Source: a virus | DNA: 64,000 nucleotides | Direction: 5' to 3' (one strand) | Virus record (IMG/VR): IMGVR_UViG_3300020190_000042 | Span: 11,227 to 75,226 of that record | Part shown: positions 55,868 through 63,998 of the stretch, in pieces | Position numbering within the stretch: the first letter of the stretch is position 1 | How the letters are laid out: every line of letters starts with the position of its first letter | Notes under the pieces: model-generated | Database searches by the model: none | What the model saw: the letters and a program-made list of their open reading frames with translations, nothing else | Told to the model about the DNA's origin: nothing | Translations under genes and position numbers: made by a program

Positions 55868-56620
55868 TTAGATTGCCTTGGCTAATTCAGAGAGAGTCGC
55901 GTTATTCTCATAACGCTCCCGTGCAACAACATCCTTAATTGCCTGATTCAGCAAGTTAGATGCAGTTCCGTAACTTGATTCTACACGCTGACGTTGAATA
56001 TCACCCAGCGATTTTTCCCGCTGAGCAGCAACTTCAGCTTGAGAAGCAATACGCTGACGCTCAATTTCGGCTTGGCGAATAATGTTCTCAAGCTGAATAC
56101 GGATGCCGCCCTCAGCTTGAAGTTTCTGAATTTCGCGAGCAGTAGCGCCAGATAACTCACGCTCTTTACGAGCGGAGGATTCTTCAATAAACGCGCCGGC
56201 ATCAAACGATTCGAGAGGCTCTAAACCAGCAGCACCTCGAATAGCGTTATATAAATTACGACGAAGACTTAGTTCTTGTTCGCGGGCGTACTGCTCAGCA
56301 GCAAGAGCTTCGCCAGTAGTAGTTAAAAACCCACGGCCAACAGGAGCGACCGAAGCTTGAGCGTAGCTCGGTTCCTTAGCTCCAAACAGTTTGCTACCGA
56401 TAAACTCGGTTCCTAATGCCGTGGCCAACGTGGCCAAAACACCAGGGGTTCCACCCGCAGCACCCGCAACACCCGCACCCCCAGCTAAAAACGGAAGGAT
56501 CTTGGCAATATCACTGCCCTCTAAACCGGCTTTCCGAAGTTCGGTAACCTGACCTAGCAGATCATCGACTTGCTGAACACCAGCGCGGGCACCGCCACCG
56601 AAGAAAGGAAGTCTAGGCAT
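55868..56620 (-). CDS. Pilot/ejection-like internal virion protein
   Basis: Gly/Ala hydrophobic segment plus E/R/Q coiled coil. Confidence 0.65.
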   Translation of the reverse strand: MPRLPFFGGGARAGVQQVDDLLGQVTELRKAGLEGSDIAKILPFLAGGAGVAGAAGGTPGVLATLATALGTEFIGSKLFGAKEPSYAQASVAPVGRGFLTTTGEALAAEQYAREQELSLRRNLYNAIRGAAGLEPLESFDAGAFIEESSARKERELSGATAREIQKLQAEGGIRIQLENIIRQAEIERQRIASQAEVAAQREKSLGDIQRQRVESSYGTASNLLNQAIKDVVARERYENNATLSELAKAI

Positions 56621-56853
56621 CAGTAACCTGCCGGATTATCGAAAGATGTGCCTGATAAAGGCTTCTTGTTATAGTTTACACCTTCTGTTTCTGCTTGCGG
56701 CATTACACCCATCAGCTTTTGTTCAGCCGAAGGAAGAGCAGCAGTTTGCGGAAAAGTAGATTGAATATATAAAGTTAAGAACACCGAAGGATCTAACTCC
56801 GGCGCAGTTTTACGAACATCACGTTCGTGCAGCTGACGTTCCCGTTCGTTCAT
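56620..56853 (-). CDS. Hypothetical protein
   Basis: Coupled ORF (TGATG). Confidence 0.65.
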   Translation of the reverse strand: MNERERQLHERDVRKTAPELDPSVFLTLYIQSTFPQTAALPSAEQKLMGVMPQAETEGVNYNKKPLSGTSFDNPAGY

Positions 56854-56856
56854 CGA

Positions 56857-57372
56857 TCAACCAATCTCTTGGAAGCGAACCGAAGCAGGGATCGTGGAGC
56901 TACTAGGAGCATTCAGAAGAGAATACTGACCGCCGTAATTGGGCAGATCATACTCAAGAGGGCGTTGCTGACTGAAATACTCGCCAGCGTCATCAGCTTG
57001 TTCATTCATGTTCTGCAGGAAGTCCATGAACATAGCCATCACATTGGCGTCGTTCAAGATCAACATGATCAGATCTTCAACTTCTAATTCGTCAGCTTCA
57101 TTAACCACACCAGCTTGTAAACGTCGGCCAAGCTGTACGCGAGCTTCTGGCTGAGTATTAGCGGGGTAAGCATTTAAGGAACGGGTGGGGCTGGTGTTCA
57201 TGCCCTCGCCCTCACGACCAGGCATCGGGGGCGCGGCTTTATAAAAATTCTTAAGGATGACCGCAGTCATCGGCGTAGCTGCTGCGCGCTCAGCCGGAGT
57301 TTGCGGACAAGGCAAACCGACGATGCGGGCCGCTAACTCATAATCCTGAGGAGAGAACACCGGAGCACACAA
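56857..57372 (-). CDS. Hypothetical protein
   Basis: First gene of the pilot-like operon; exact start uncertain. Confidence 0.65.
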   Translation of the reverse strand: MCAPVFSPQDYELAARIVGLPCPQTPAERAAATPMTAVILKNFYKAAPPMPGREGEGMNTSPTRSLNAYPANTQPEARVQLGRRLQAGVVNEADELEVEDLIMLILNDANVMAMFMDFLQNMNEQADDAGEYFSQQRPLEYDLPNYGGQYSLLNAPSSSTIPASVRFQEIG

Positions 57373-57622
57373 CTACGTCTAACTCCAGTTTAGACCTAAT
57401 CTCTAAAATATCGCCAGGCTGAACTTGCAGGCCAATACAGATTCGCTCAAGCACATCAGGAGACGGAATGTACTCTTGATCAGTGTATATCTTACGTGTG
57501 GTTGTTGGCGAAAGCTCCGCCATACGGCTTAAACGAAACGAGGATAACCCACGTGCATCAAGAACGTCCTTAAGCCGATTAATCAACCTACCGCAGCTTG
57601 GGTAAGACGAATAGAAAGGCAT
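57338..57622 (-). CDS. Cro/C1-type HTH transcriptional regulator
   Basis: LKDVLDARGLSSFRLSRMAELSPTT...PSPDVLERICIGLQVQPGDIL. Confidence 0.88.
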   Translation of the reverse strand: MPFYSSYPSCGRLINRLKDVLDARGLSSFRLSRMAELSPTTTRKIYTDQEYIPSPDVLERICIGLQVQPGDILEIRSKLELDVVVCSGVLSSGL

Positions 57623-57699
57623 CTTTATACCAATATATTGGTCTGTTGCTCCCGATCATAAACGTTTATTAAACAGTATTCATCCAGCGCCCATTTAAC

Positions 57700-58467
57700 T
57701 TAAAACCCAAGATTTTTACTACGAACAAAGTGCAGATCATAAGTGGTGAAATCAATAGGAAGCGTTGGGTTATTAAAAGGAGTTTCATAAACCTCGCCCT
57801 CAACGTGAGCCTGCCACGCAGGGTTCCACTTAGCGTGCAGATATTGTTTATTCATCTCATGGGCGTAATGGATGCCAGCCGCTAGCTCAGGCTCACTCCT
57901 CCAAGTCTGAGACCCGTCCTTATAATCGCCTGCGGTTTCACCGTGGTAATAGGGAACCCCTACAGACATATGACGTTTTAGTTCCTGGTGCTTAAACCGC
58001 ATCCCGTAGTCCATATCCTCGCAATAAGCCGGGTACAGATTCTCATCGAATAACCCGAATTTCTGCACAACCCAATCTTTTAAAAGGAAGAAATCCCAGC
58101 TTCCGTTCTCTCCGTGGACGATACCTGTTTCCGCATCTCGGGCGTGATCCACAGCTTTAGCCAAGAAGCCCGGCGTAAACATAAGGTCGTGGTTTGTGAT
58201 GATCCAATAAGGCGCAGTCATGAACGACTTGATAATCAAGTTCCACGCACCCGAACATCCGATGTTGGAAGGCATGTGCGTGACAACCACGCGCTTTACA
58301 TATTTATGCGGGATTTTTGTAAGTAGATCAAGCTCCTCGGTTATTTGGTTACGACCATTGTTATTAAAGACAATAAACGTATCTACAGGGTAATCGATGC
58401 TGTAGAACAGCCGATAGACCCAATGAGGCGCGTTAACAACAGCAGTGCCAATAACCGGTATCGTCAT
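57700..58467 (-). CDS. GT2-family glycosyltransferase
   Basis: NIGCSGAWN, ITNHD, GLFDENLYPAYCEDMDY. Confidence 0.85.
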   Translation of the reverse strand: MTIPVIGTAVVNAPHWVYRLFYSIDYPVDTFIVFNNNGRNQITEELDLLTKIPHKYVKRVVVTHMPSNIGCSGAWNLIIKSFMTAPYWIITNHDLMFTPGFLAKAVDHARDAETGIVHGENGSWDFFLLKDWVVQKFGLFDENLYPAYCEDMDYGMRFKHQELKRHMSVGVPYYHGETAGDYKDGSQTWRSEPELAAGIHYAHEMNKQYLHAKWNPAWQAHVEGEVYETPFNNPTLPIDFTTYDLHFVRSKNLGF

Positions 58468-58512
58468 TTCCGCCTGTGGCTGGTAGTATGCTAACACTAA
58501 ATCCTAGCGCTA

Positions 58513-59232
58513 ATGGCGACTTACTTCTGGGGCCCGGAGAAACGGCTTATTGTTCCCACACCTGACCTGGCTTTTCTGATGCACGATGACGACTCGGGTC
58601 GTTGTCAGATGCACCAAGTTGGTGTGCCCGAACTCACCATCATCCAGTGGGCCGCCCAGCAATTCGGCAATAAAGATAAAACCTTCATCGACTGTGGCGC
58701 ACACATGGGCGCCTACTCCATATTGCTTTCAGAGCACTTCAACACAGTTCATGCTTTTGAAGCTCAGACGCGCACGTACTACCAGCTCTGCGGCAATATC
58801 TTTATTAATGAAAAACAAAACATCGTTCCTCACCACGAGGCTGTCACAAACATTACCGAGGCCAACCAAACCGTAACCCTGCACGTGGTTTCAGAAGATG
58901 GCGGCGGTTCCACAATTCGTGTTCCGCAAAAAAACCAAAACGTTCTGGGCCACGAGAAAGTACGAACTACAACTATCGACCACTACCACTTCAACCATGT
59001 GGGGTTGATCAAACTCGATATCGAAGGCAACGAGCTCAAAGCTTTACACGGCGCACAATATACGTTGCAACGCAATCATTACCCCCCGATCATCTTCGAA
59101 GCCAACAACGATGCGTGGTTCGAATCCGAAAAGAAAGACCTCTTCGACCACTTAAAATCTTTAAATTATCAGATCGCCGAAATCCGCCCCTTCGACAACA
59201 TGTACGTGGCGATCAACAATCCGAATCAATAA
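58513..59232 (+). CDS. FkbM-family SAM-dependent methyltransferase
   Basis: FIDCGAHMGAYS, VHAFEA, LIKLDIEGNELKALHGA, PIIFE. Confidence 0.9.
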   Translation: MATYFWGPEKRLIVPTPDLAFLMHDDDSGRCQMHQVGVPELTIIQWAAQQFGNKDKTFIDCGAHMGAYSILLSEHFNTVHAFEAQTRTYYQLCGNIFINEKQNIVPHHEAVTNITEANQTVTLHVVSEDGGGSTIRVPQKNQNVLGHEKVRTTTIDHYHFNHVGLIKLDIEGNELKALHGAQYTLQRNHYPPIIFEANNDAWFESEKKDLFDHLKSLNYQIAEIRPFDNMYVAINNPNQ

Positions 59233-59653
59233 GGGTCAGCTCAAGCCCCGCTTCCTTAAACATCGCGCGGGACATCTCGAAACTGTCGACCCAACGGTCA
59301 GGTATTTCTATATCTGGAGCCACGACGCGCTTGACGCCTGCTTGGATCAATAACGTCCCGCAGGAATTACAAGGCAAAAAGGGCCAAACGTACACCGTGG
59401 CCCCATTCAACGAAACCGCGTTGCGCGCAGCCTGTGCAACTATGTTCGCTTCAGCGTGCACAGTGCGCATCAGTTTTTCGTTTCGGTCACGCAGCCGACC
59501 CGGTAGGTCCGCGACGCCGCGCGGAAAACCGTTGTAACCAGTGGCTAAAATCCTGCGATCACGCACAGCTACGGCGCCAACCTGCGTAGAGGGATCTTTA
59601 CTCCACGCGGAAATATGCTTGGCTAAATCTAGAAATCGCTGATCCCAGGACAT
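59213..59653 (-). CDS. dCMP deaminase
   Basis: WD.RFL.LA...S.WSKDPSTQVGAV, TGYNGFP, HAEAN, PCNSC. Confidence 0.93.
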   Translation of the reverse strand: MSWDQRFLDLAKHISAWSKDPSTQVGAVAVRDRRILATGYNGFPRGVADLPGRLRDRNEKLMRTVHAEANIVAQAARNAVSLNGATVYVWPFLPCNSCGTLLIQAGVKRVVAPDIEIPDRWVDSFEMSRAMFKEAGLELTLIDSDC

Positions 59654-59679
59654 AAAATAGAAAAAGAACTCGTTTTAAG

Positions 59680-60456
59680 ATGGGCGACGACGTAGGGTTA
59701 GGTCTGTTATTTACAATTCTGGGCGGTTTGTCGCGTGGCGCACAAGTAGCAAAACCTGTTATTCAGCAAGGAATCACTAAAGGCATTAGGTTTGCTGACC
59801 CGCGTAGATTAGCACCCCTTATCCAGCAAGTTCAAAAAGGACCTCTGTTTCGCCCGATCCCTTTAGTAGAGAAAGCTATACAAAAAACGCCCATCATCAA
59901 AGATCTTCCTGAGTGGGCTCGCGGTCTGGTTGGTATCAATACCAGCCCTGCTGGAATTGGAGGCGCCATCGCAGCGTCTGTTTTATTAGATAAATTTTTA
60001 AATCAATTCGAAGCCGCACCGACAACCGCAGCGCCACATGGGACAACTTTACAAGGAGAAGGCAAAACACCCGAACCAGCAGCAGGTCCCCGCGTAGATG
60101 CTTCAACAACACAGCTGCTCGACATCGGCGCACCAGCACCCCAACAGGCGCGTCGGCTTGTTCCCGTTACACCCACGGCACCGCCCGCACCGGCCATCAG
60201 TCAAGCTGCGTATGACGCCGCCCAAGCCGGATTTGGGGCACCGACTTCAACGCCTCTTGCCGAGTTTTACGGTGCGCAGGAAGCCATTGGACGATACGCA
60301 GAACAAGGCGGTGAACTTCAACGCAGACTCAAAGAAGCAGGCGGCGCTGCTGGGATGAGCGATACTGCGCTGATGGAGTGGGTCAAGGCAAACCCCGCCC
60401 TTGCCTACCGCGAATTAGTCCGACGCGAAAAACGGCCTGTGCCCAACGTAGATTAA
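59680..60456 (+). CDS. Hypothetical Ala/Pro-rich protein
   Basis: C-terminus EWVKANPALAY shared with 37299-38804. Confidence 0.7.
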   Translation: MGDDVGLGLLFTILGGLSRGAQVAKPVIQQGITKGIRFADPRRLAPLIQQVQKGPLFRPIPLVEKAIQKTPIIKDLPEWARGLVGINTSPAGIGGAIAASVLLDKFLNQFEAAPTTAAPHGTTLQGEGKTPEPAAGPRVDASTTQLLDIGAPAPQQARRLVPVTPTAPPAPAISQAAYDAAQAGFGAPTSTPLAEFYGAQEAIGRYAEQGGELQRRLKEAGGAAGMSDTALMEWVKANPALAYRELVRREKRPVPNVD

Positions 60457-60740
60457 TCGCGCTCGTCGAAAAGCGGAAAGTCAACAAGCTCTTCTTGGTT
60501 TGCTTCAACGTGACGCACAAGCTCTTGCAAGTGCTCTAAAAACTCAAAGCTGTAAACATTATCTGCATTGATTTCCCACCAAAACCAGCAATAACATTCA
60601 TAAAACGCACAGTCATCTGGCAACAGAACGTAGTCCTCATAGTTACCACGCATCAAATCGCACCAGATCCTGAACGTGCTGAAAATAGTCCGCCACCCCG
60701 TGGGAATGCAGTGCTGAAGGTAGTATTTTAAAAGCTTCAT
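60453..60740 (-). CDS. Hypothetical protein
   Basis: Aromatic/acidic small ORF coupled to the upstream gene. Confidence 0.6.
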   Translation of the reverse strand: MKLLKYYLQHCIPTGWRTIFSTFRIWCDLMRGNYEDYVLLPDDCAFYECYCWFWWEINADNVYSFEFLEHLQELVRHVEANQEELVDFPLFDERD

Positions 60741-61105
60741 TTGGGGTACAGAGGGCGCCACTCAGCAGGGTTTGCGTTAGCGGCGGGGCCGAGTTTTGGA
60801 AAGTCTGAAGGTTCCTTGATCCGTGGAGGCACCTCGCCCTTCAAACGAGCCAAGTCCGGTTCATAACTTGCTGTACGAACGTCCGGATGGTCCTTCACAG
60901 CGTCAAGAAGACGGCGCCGAAGCCGCACTGCATCAATAAAAACTTCTAAGTTCCCGTTGTAATGGTTCGGAAAAGCATCTCGAATCAGTTCTTCCGCCAA
61001 ATATTCCAGCACCGCACCCATTTTCTCAGCCGATGAACCCGGCGAGGACGTAAATTCATCCACGCAGCGGTCCAGAATCGGATCAATCATCGAAAAAAGC
61101 GCCAA
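60737..61105 (-). CDS. Hypothetical protein
   Basis: ORF in the minus-strand run. Confidence 0.55.
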   Translation of the reverse strand: MALFSMIDPILDRCVDEFTSSPGSSAEKMGAVLEYLAEELIRDAFPNHYNGNLEVFIDAVRLRRRLLDAVKDHPDVRTASYEPDLARLKGEVPPRIKEPSDFPKLGPAANANPAEWRPLYPK

Positions 61106-61294
61106 AAACGCCTAAAGGTCACAAAAGCGAGCGCGGCTACCCCTCCAGACATTAGAAGAAGGAGTAAAAAATAACCGAGAGGGTCATCTGCAACAGGAAT
61201 AAAACCGTAATACACCCTATAAGCAGCAGACCCTCGTCTCTCATCTTAAATTTTTTTGTCGCAGGCAACAAAAATGTCTGGGGAGCCTAAAAGC

Positions 61295-61690
61295 TCAAAC
61301 TTTTTCCCGCTCGAACATTGAACATTCGCTTGCGAAGGTCCCTCCTGCGTCAGGGAAGTCGAAGCTGCATCCAGAGGAGAGCATGTAAACGCAGTCATCA
61401 CAAGCGTCAGAAGAGAACTCATGTGTCAATAGCGGCATCAGATTTAAGTTTAGGCTTTTTGTGAAATTGTCAATCGCGCGCTGGTTTGCCAAAGCAGTTT
61501 TATAAAAATTTTCAGACACTTCATATGCTGTACACCGATGACCGCACTCAGTGCACTCTTTCCTGCGGCGCCGACTATTATCTTTATTAATACGACTTTC
61601 TATTGTTATACAAGTTTGTTGTTTACATTTAGGGCATGTAGAGCCGATTTGCTTAGGAAAACAACCTCTAGCTGACGGTGAGCAAGCCAT
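61295..61690 (-). CDS. NrdR-type Zn-ribbon protein
   Basis: CPKC...IESR...RRRRKECTECGHRCTAYE; second Cys cluster CDDC..C..C. Confidence 0.75.
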   Translation of the reverse strand: MACSPSARGCFPKQIGSTCPKCKQQTCITIESRINKDNSRRRRKECTECGHRCTAYEVSENFYKTALANQRAIDNFTKSLNLNLMPLLTHEFSSDACDDCVYMLSSGCSFDFPDAGGTFASECSMFEREKV

Positions 61691-62014
61691 TTAAAAAAAT
61701 AGATTCGAAAATCCTTCAATAGTTTCTGGTACGCGGTGCTTCGGCTCCTTCCAAACGACAGACTGCAAATACTCACTTGCGTCGCGGAATCCTTCGCGGC
61801 TTAGTTGCTCGGCAACGACCTCAATAGAACGAATGGCTCTATCCACGTGGATCGGCCAATCAGCTTCGCTATGCCAGTCGGAAATAGCTCGGGCTGTTTT
61901 TTCGACAAGAGGATGGGAGGTGGTTTCCTGAGTCATAGCTTTGCGGAGAACAGAATCACGAACAATGGGTTTAGCGCGCTTTAAGTAAGCAAGCTTGAGA
62001 TCCGAGTCCGTCAT
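61691..62014 (-). CDS. Hypothetical protein
   Basis: Coupled ORF. Confidence 0.6.
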   Translation of the reverse strand: MTDSDLKLAYLKRAKPIVRDSVLRKAMTQETTSHPLVEKTARAISDWHSEADWPIHVDRAIRSIEVVAEQLSREGFRDASEYLQSVVWKEPKHRVPETIEGFSNLFF

Positions 62015-62223
62015 TCGTTTATTTCGGTTGATCCAGAATAAGCAGGTTTGAAGGGATCCATGTGATTTCGGGTGTCATGTATGAAGTACTCGCAATCTTT
62101 GCCGGGGCTAGGCGGCGCAAAATAACTCTGACGAGTACTGGGTTTAGCTAAATACCGATGACAATTGAAGCGTAAGCAACACGTCTCGCCATTAGCGCAT
62201 TTAGAGACATCAGCCATGTTCAA
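62011..62223 (-). CDS. Small Cys-rich phage protein
   Basis: MADVSKC....C.LR..C.RY......QSYF...C.YF. Confidence 0.7.
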   Translation of the reverse strand: MNMADVSKCANGETCCLRFNCHRYLAKPSTRQSYFAPPSPGKDCEYFIHDTRNHMDPFKPAYSGSTEINE

Positions 62224-62233
62224 AAAATGAACA

Positions 62234-62306
62234 TACCCGAGGTGGGATTTGAACCCACGCTGGGACGATTTTAAGTCGTCTGCCTCTTCCGCTGGGCTAC
62301 TCGGGC
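62234..62306 (-). tRNA. tRNA-Leu(TAA) with short variable loop; CCA not encoded
   Basis: GCCCGAG/CTCGGGT acceptor, GACGA-CTTAAAA-TCGTC anticodon arm, GTGGG-TTCAAAT-CCCAC T arm. Confidence 0.9.
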
Positions 62307-62310
62307 AAGG

Positions 62311-62383
62311 TGCGCGTCGTCAGGATCGAACTGACCTGCGGCGATTTATGAGATCGCTGCCTTCACCAGATGGCTAGACGCGC
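62311..62383 (-). tRNA. tRNA-CAT (elongator Met or Ile2)
   Basis: GCGCGTC/GACGCGC acceptor (G1-C72, not initiator), GCGAT-CTCATAA-ATCGC, GTCAG-TTCGATC-CTGAC. Confidence 0.9.
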
Positions 62384-62426
62384 TGTGGGAAGATGCTAAG
62401 AGCAAAACTGGGTCACGCGCTGCTTC

Positions 62427-62636
62427 TTAAGCATCATCACGCTTTTTTCTTTTTGAGTTTGCCTTTTGTATGTTGCTGTGGCTCGAACACTTGTAGTTAC
62501 AGTAAGGCCCCAAAACATCAGTACGGTCCTTTTTGTATTCAATCCACCGGCGTAAACGAGATCCTTTGATGACAAATGATGTTTGGCACGTGGGACAAAC
62601 GCAGTGTAAAAAATTTAGAGGCACCGGAGAGAACAA
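62427..62636 (-). CDS. Small Zn-finger protein
   Basis: CPTC...YCNYKC. Confidence 0.55.
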   Translation of the reverse strand: MFSPVPLNFLHCVCPTCQTSFVIKGSRLRRWIEYKKDRTDVLGPYCNYKCSSHSNIQKANSKRKKRDDA

Positions 62637-62701
62637 CTCCGCACCCAGTAAACCTCGTGCGCGCTAGGTCCGCAACCCATTCCCAAAATCTTTTTTGAGT
62701 C

Positions 62702-63028
62702 TCAGCGATTTTGCTTGCGCTGGTAAGCCGCCAAAGCAGCGGCATAGCACCGGTCGCTACCAGCATTGAGCTCACGATTGGTGGTCCACTCGCCGCGAGC
62801 ACGGAACTCGGCGAAGCACAGACTGTATTCTTCCATCATGACGCGCTTGTCGTTATTAACTAAAGTGCTTTTGGAAATAGCCACGAGGCTGGCACCGGTC
62901 AGTAGTACGACGAAATACGTTTTAAGAGAAATTCCAAAAAGGGTCTTTAAAATTTTCGGAGCTTGCCAAACTGCGAGAGCCGGAACAAGGTGAACCGTGT
63001 TGACGTTGATTTTGGTGTGAGAAGTCAT
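62702..63028 (-). CDS. Hypothetical membrane protein
   Basis: Hydrophobic segment; promoter directly upstream. Confidence 0.6.
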   Translation of the reverse strand: MTSHTKINVNTVHLVPALAVWQAPKILKTLFGISLKTYFVVLLTGASLVAISKSTLVNNDKRVMMEEYSLCFAEFRARGEWTTNRELNAGSDRCYAAALAAYQRKQNR

Positions 63029-63050
63029 GTGATGTTTTTCGACCGCTCAT

Positions 63051-63079
63051 ACCATAGCACTCTGTGCGCTAAGTGTCAA
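63051..63079 (-). promoter_or_regulatory. Sigma70-type promoter (may also drive the tRNA pair)
   Basis: TTGACA-N17-TATGGT with extended TG. Confidence 0.7.
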
Positions 63080-63240
63080 AAAACGCGCGAGCCGTCAACA
63101 ACGATCGCAGCGGGGCGATATTTGATTCCCCGATACGAAAGCCAGAGAGTAGCACGGTGAACAAAAGCCCACCACTTAAGATGATTGGCCTGATGAGCTT
63201 CGCGATCATATTTGCAACCGCGATACGTAATTTTAGTCAC
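63076..63240 (-). CDS. DUF4278-family peptide (54 aa, below cutoff)
   Basis: MTKITYRGCKYDREAHQANHLKWWAFVHRATLWLSYRGIKYRP...: double YRGxxY motif. Confidence 0.75.
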   Translation of the reverse strand: MTKITYRGCKYDREAHQANHLKWWAFVHRATLWLSYRGIKYRPAAIVVDGSRVF

Positions 63241-63274
63241 GACTTTTAACCGACTAAAAATACAATAGGAAGCT

Positions 63275-63290
63275 TGTAGCTATTTATACA
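63275..63290. promoter_or_regulatory. NtcA binding site
   Basis: TGTA-GCTATTTA-TACA (perfect GTA-N8-TAC), 35 nt upstream of the DUF4278 start. Confidence 0.65.
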
Positions 63291-63620
63291 GTTTATGCCG
63301 TTACAGTAGTTGTTAAAAAATAGTTATAAGAATTACCTTACATCTAACTCACCATTGGCGTCCCAAGTCAAATTGGCTATCAAATAGTACTTGGGTGTCC
63401 GACTAACACCTTCTGCTGCGCGAACAAAACTATTAACTTCAGTTCCCGAAGACAAAGCAATCAACTTCTGAAGCTGATCTGCGACTTTATCGGACGGGAA
63501 CTCTGATCCCACGGGGGGTTTGCGATTGCTAGGAATCTACAGGCAGCCTTTGGTCAGGACTCCCAAACTTTGGGATCTTTTAAGAATATAATTTTCCTTC
63601 ATACTTTTGTTTAAATTTTA

Positions 63621-63998
63621 TTAAAACCGTGCGTTTATTTGACCACCAAATTGATTGCCCATCTGAGGCGTACGACGATAAGTGGCATTAACCCCTACAC
63701 CTGGGGTCTGAAAAGAACCATACATTTGATAACCCTGCCCCACATTTAAACCATCTTGTTCGTAAGCAGGGTTAAAACCGCCACCCAGACGCAAAATATT
63801 TTCCCTACCCAAAGGAATGTTGACGCTTCCGCCAATGGATTCAAGACGATCATCCACTGCATTAATGTCGATATTTAAAGGCTTAGGTCCGTATTGAGGT
63901 CCCATTTGCATTGGCCCCCCTAACCCACCTGCCGGTCCAACAGGTTGATGTGTCGGGTAAGCCTGAGCAAGTTCAAAACCAGAAAAACCTCTATTGGC
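63621..63998 (-). CDS. Partial ORF (open to window edge) with amphipathic beta strands and a terminal Phe
   Basis: Frame stays open from 63998; ends QFGGQINARF. Confidence 0.65.
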   Translation of the reverse strand, partial: ANRGFSGFELAQAYPTHQPVGPAGGLGGPMQMGPQYGPKPLNIDINAVDDRLESIGGSVNIPLGRENILRLGGGFNPAYEQDGLNVGQGYQMYGSFQTPGVGVNATYRRTPQMGNQFGGQINARF

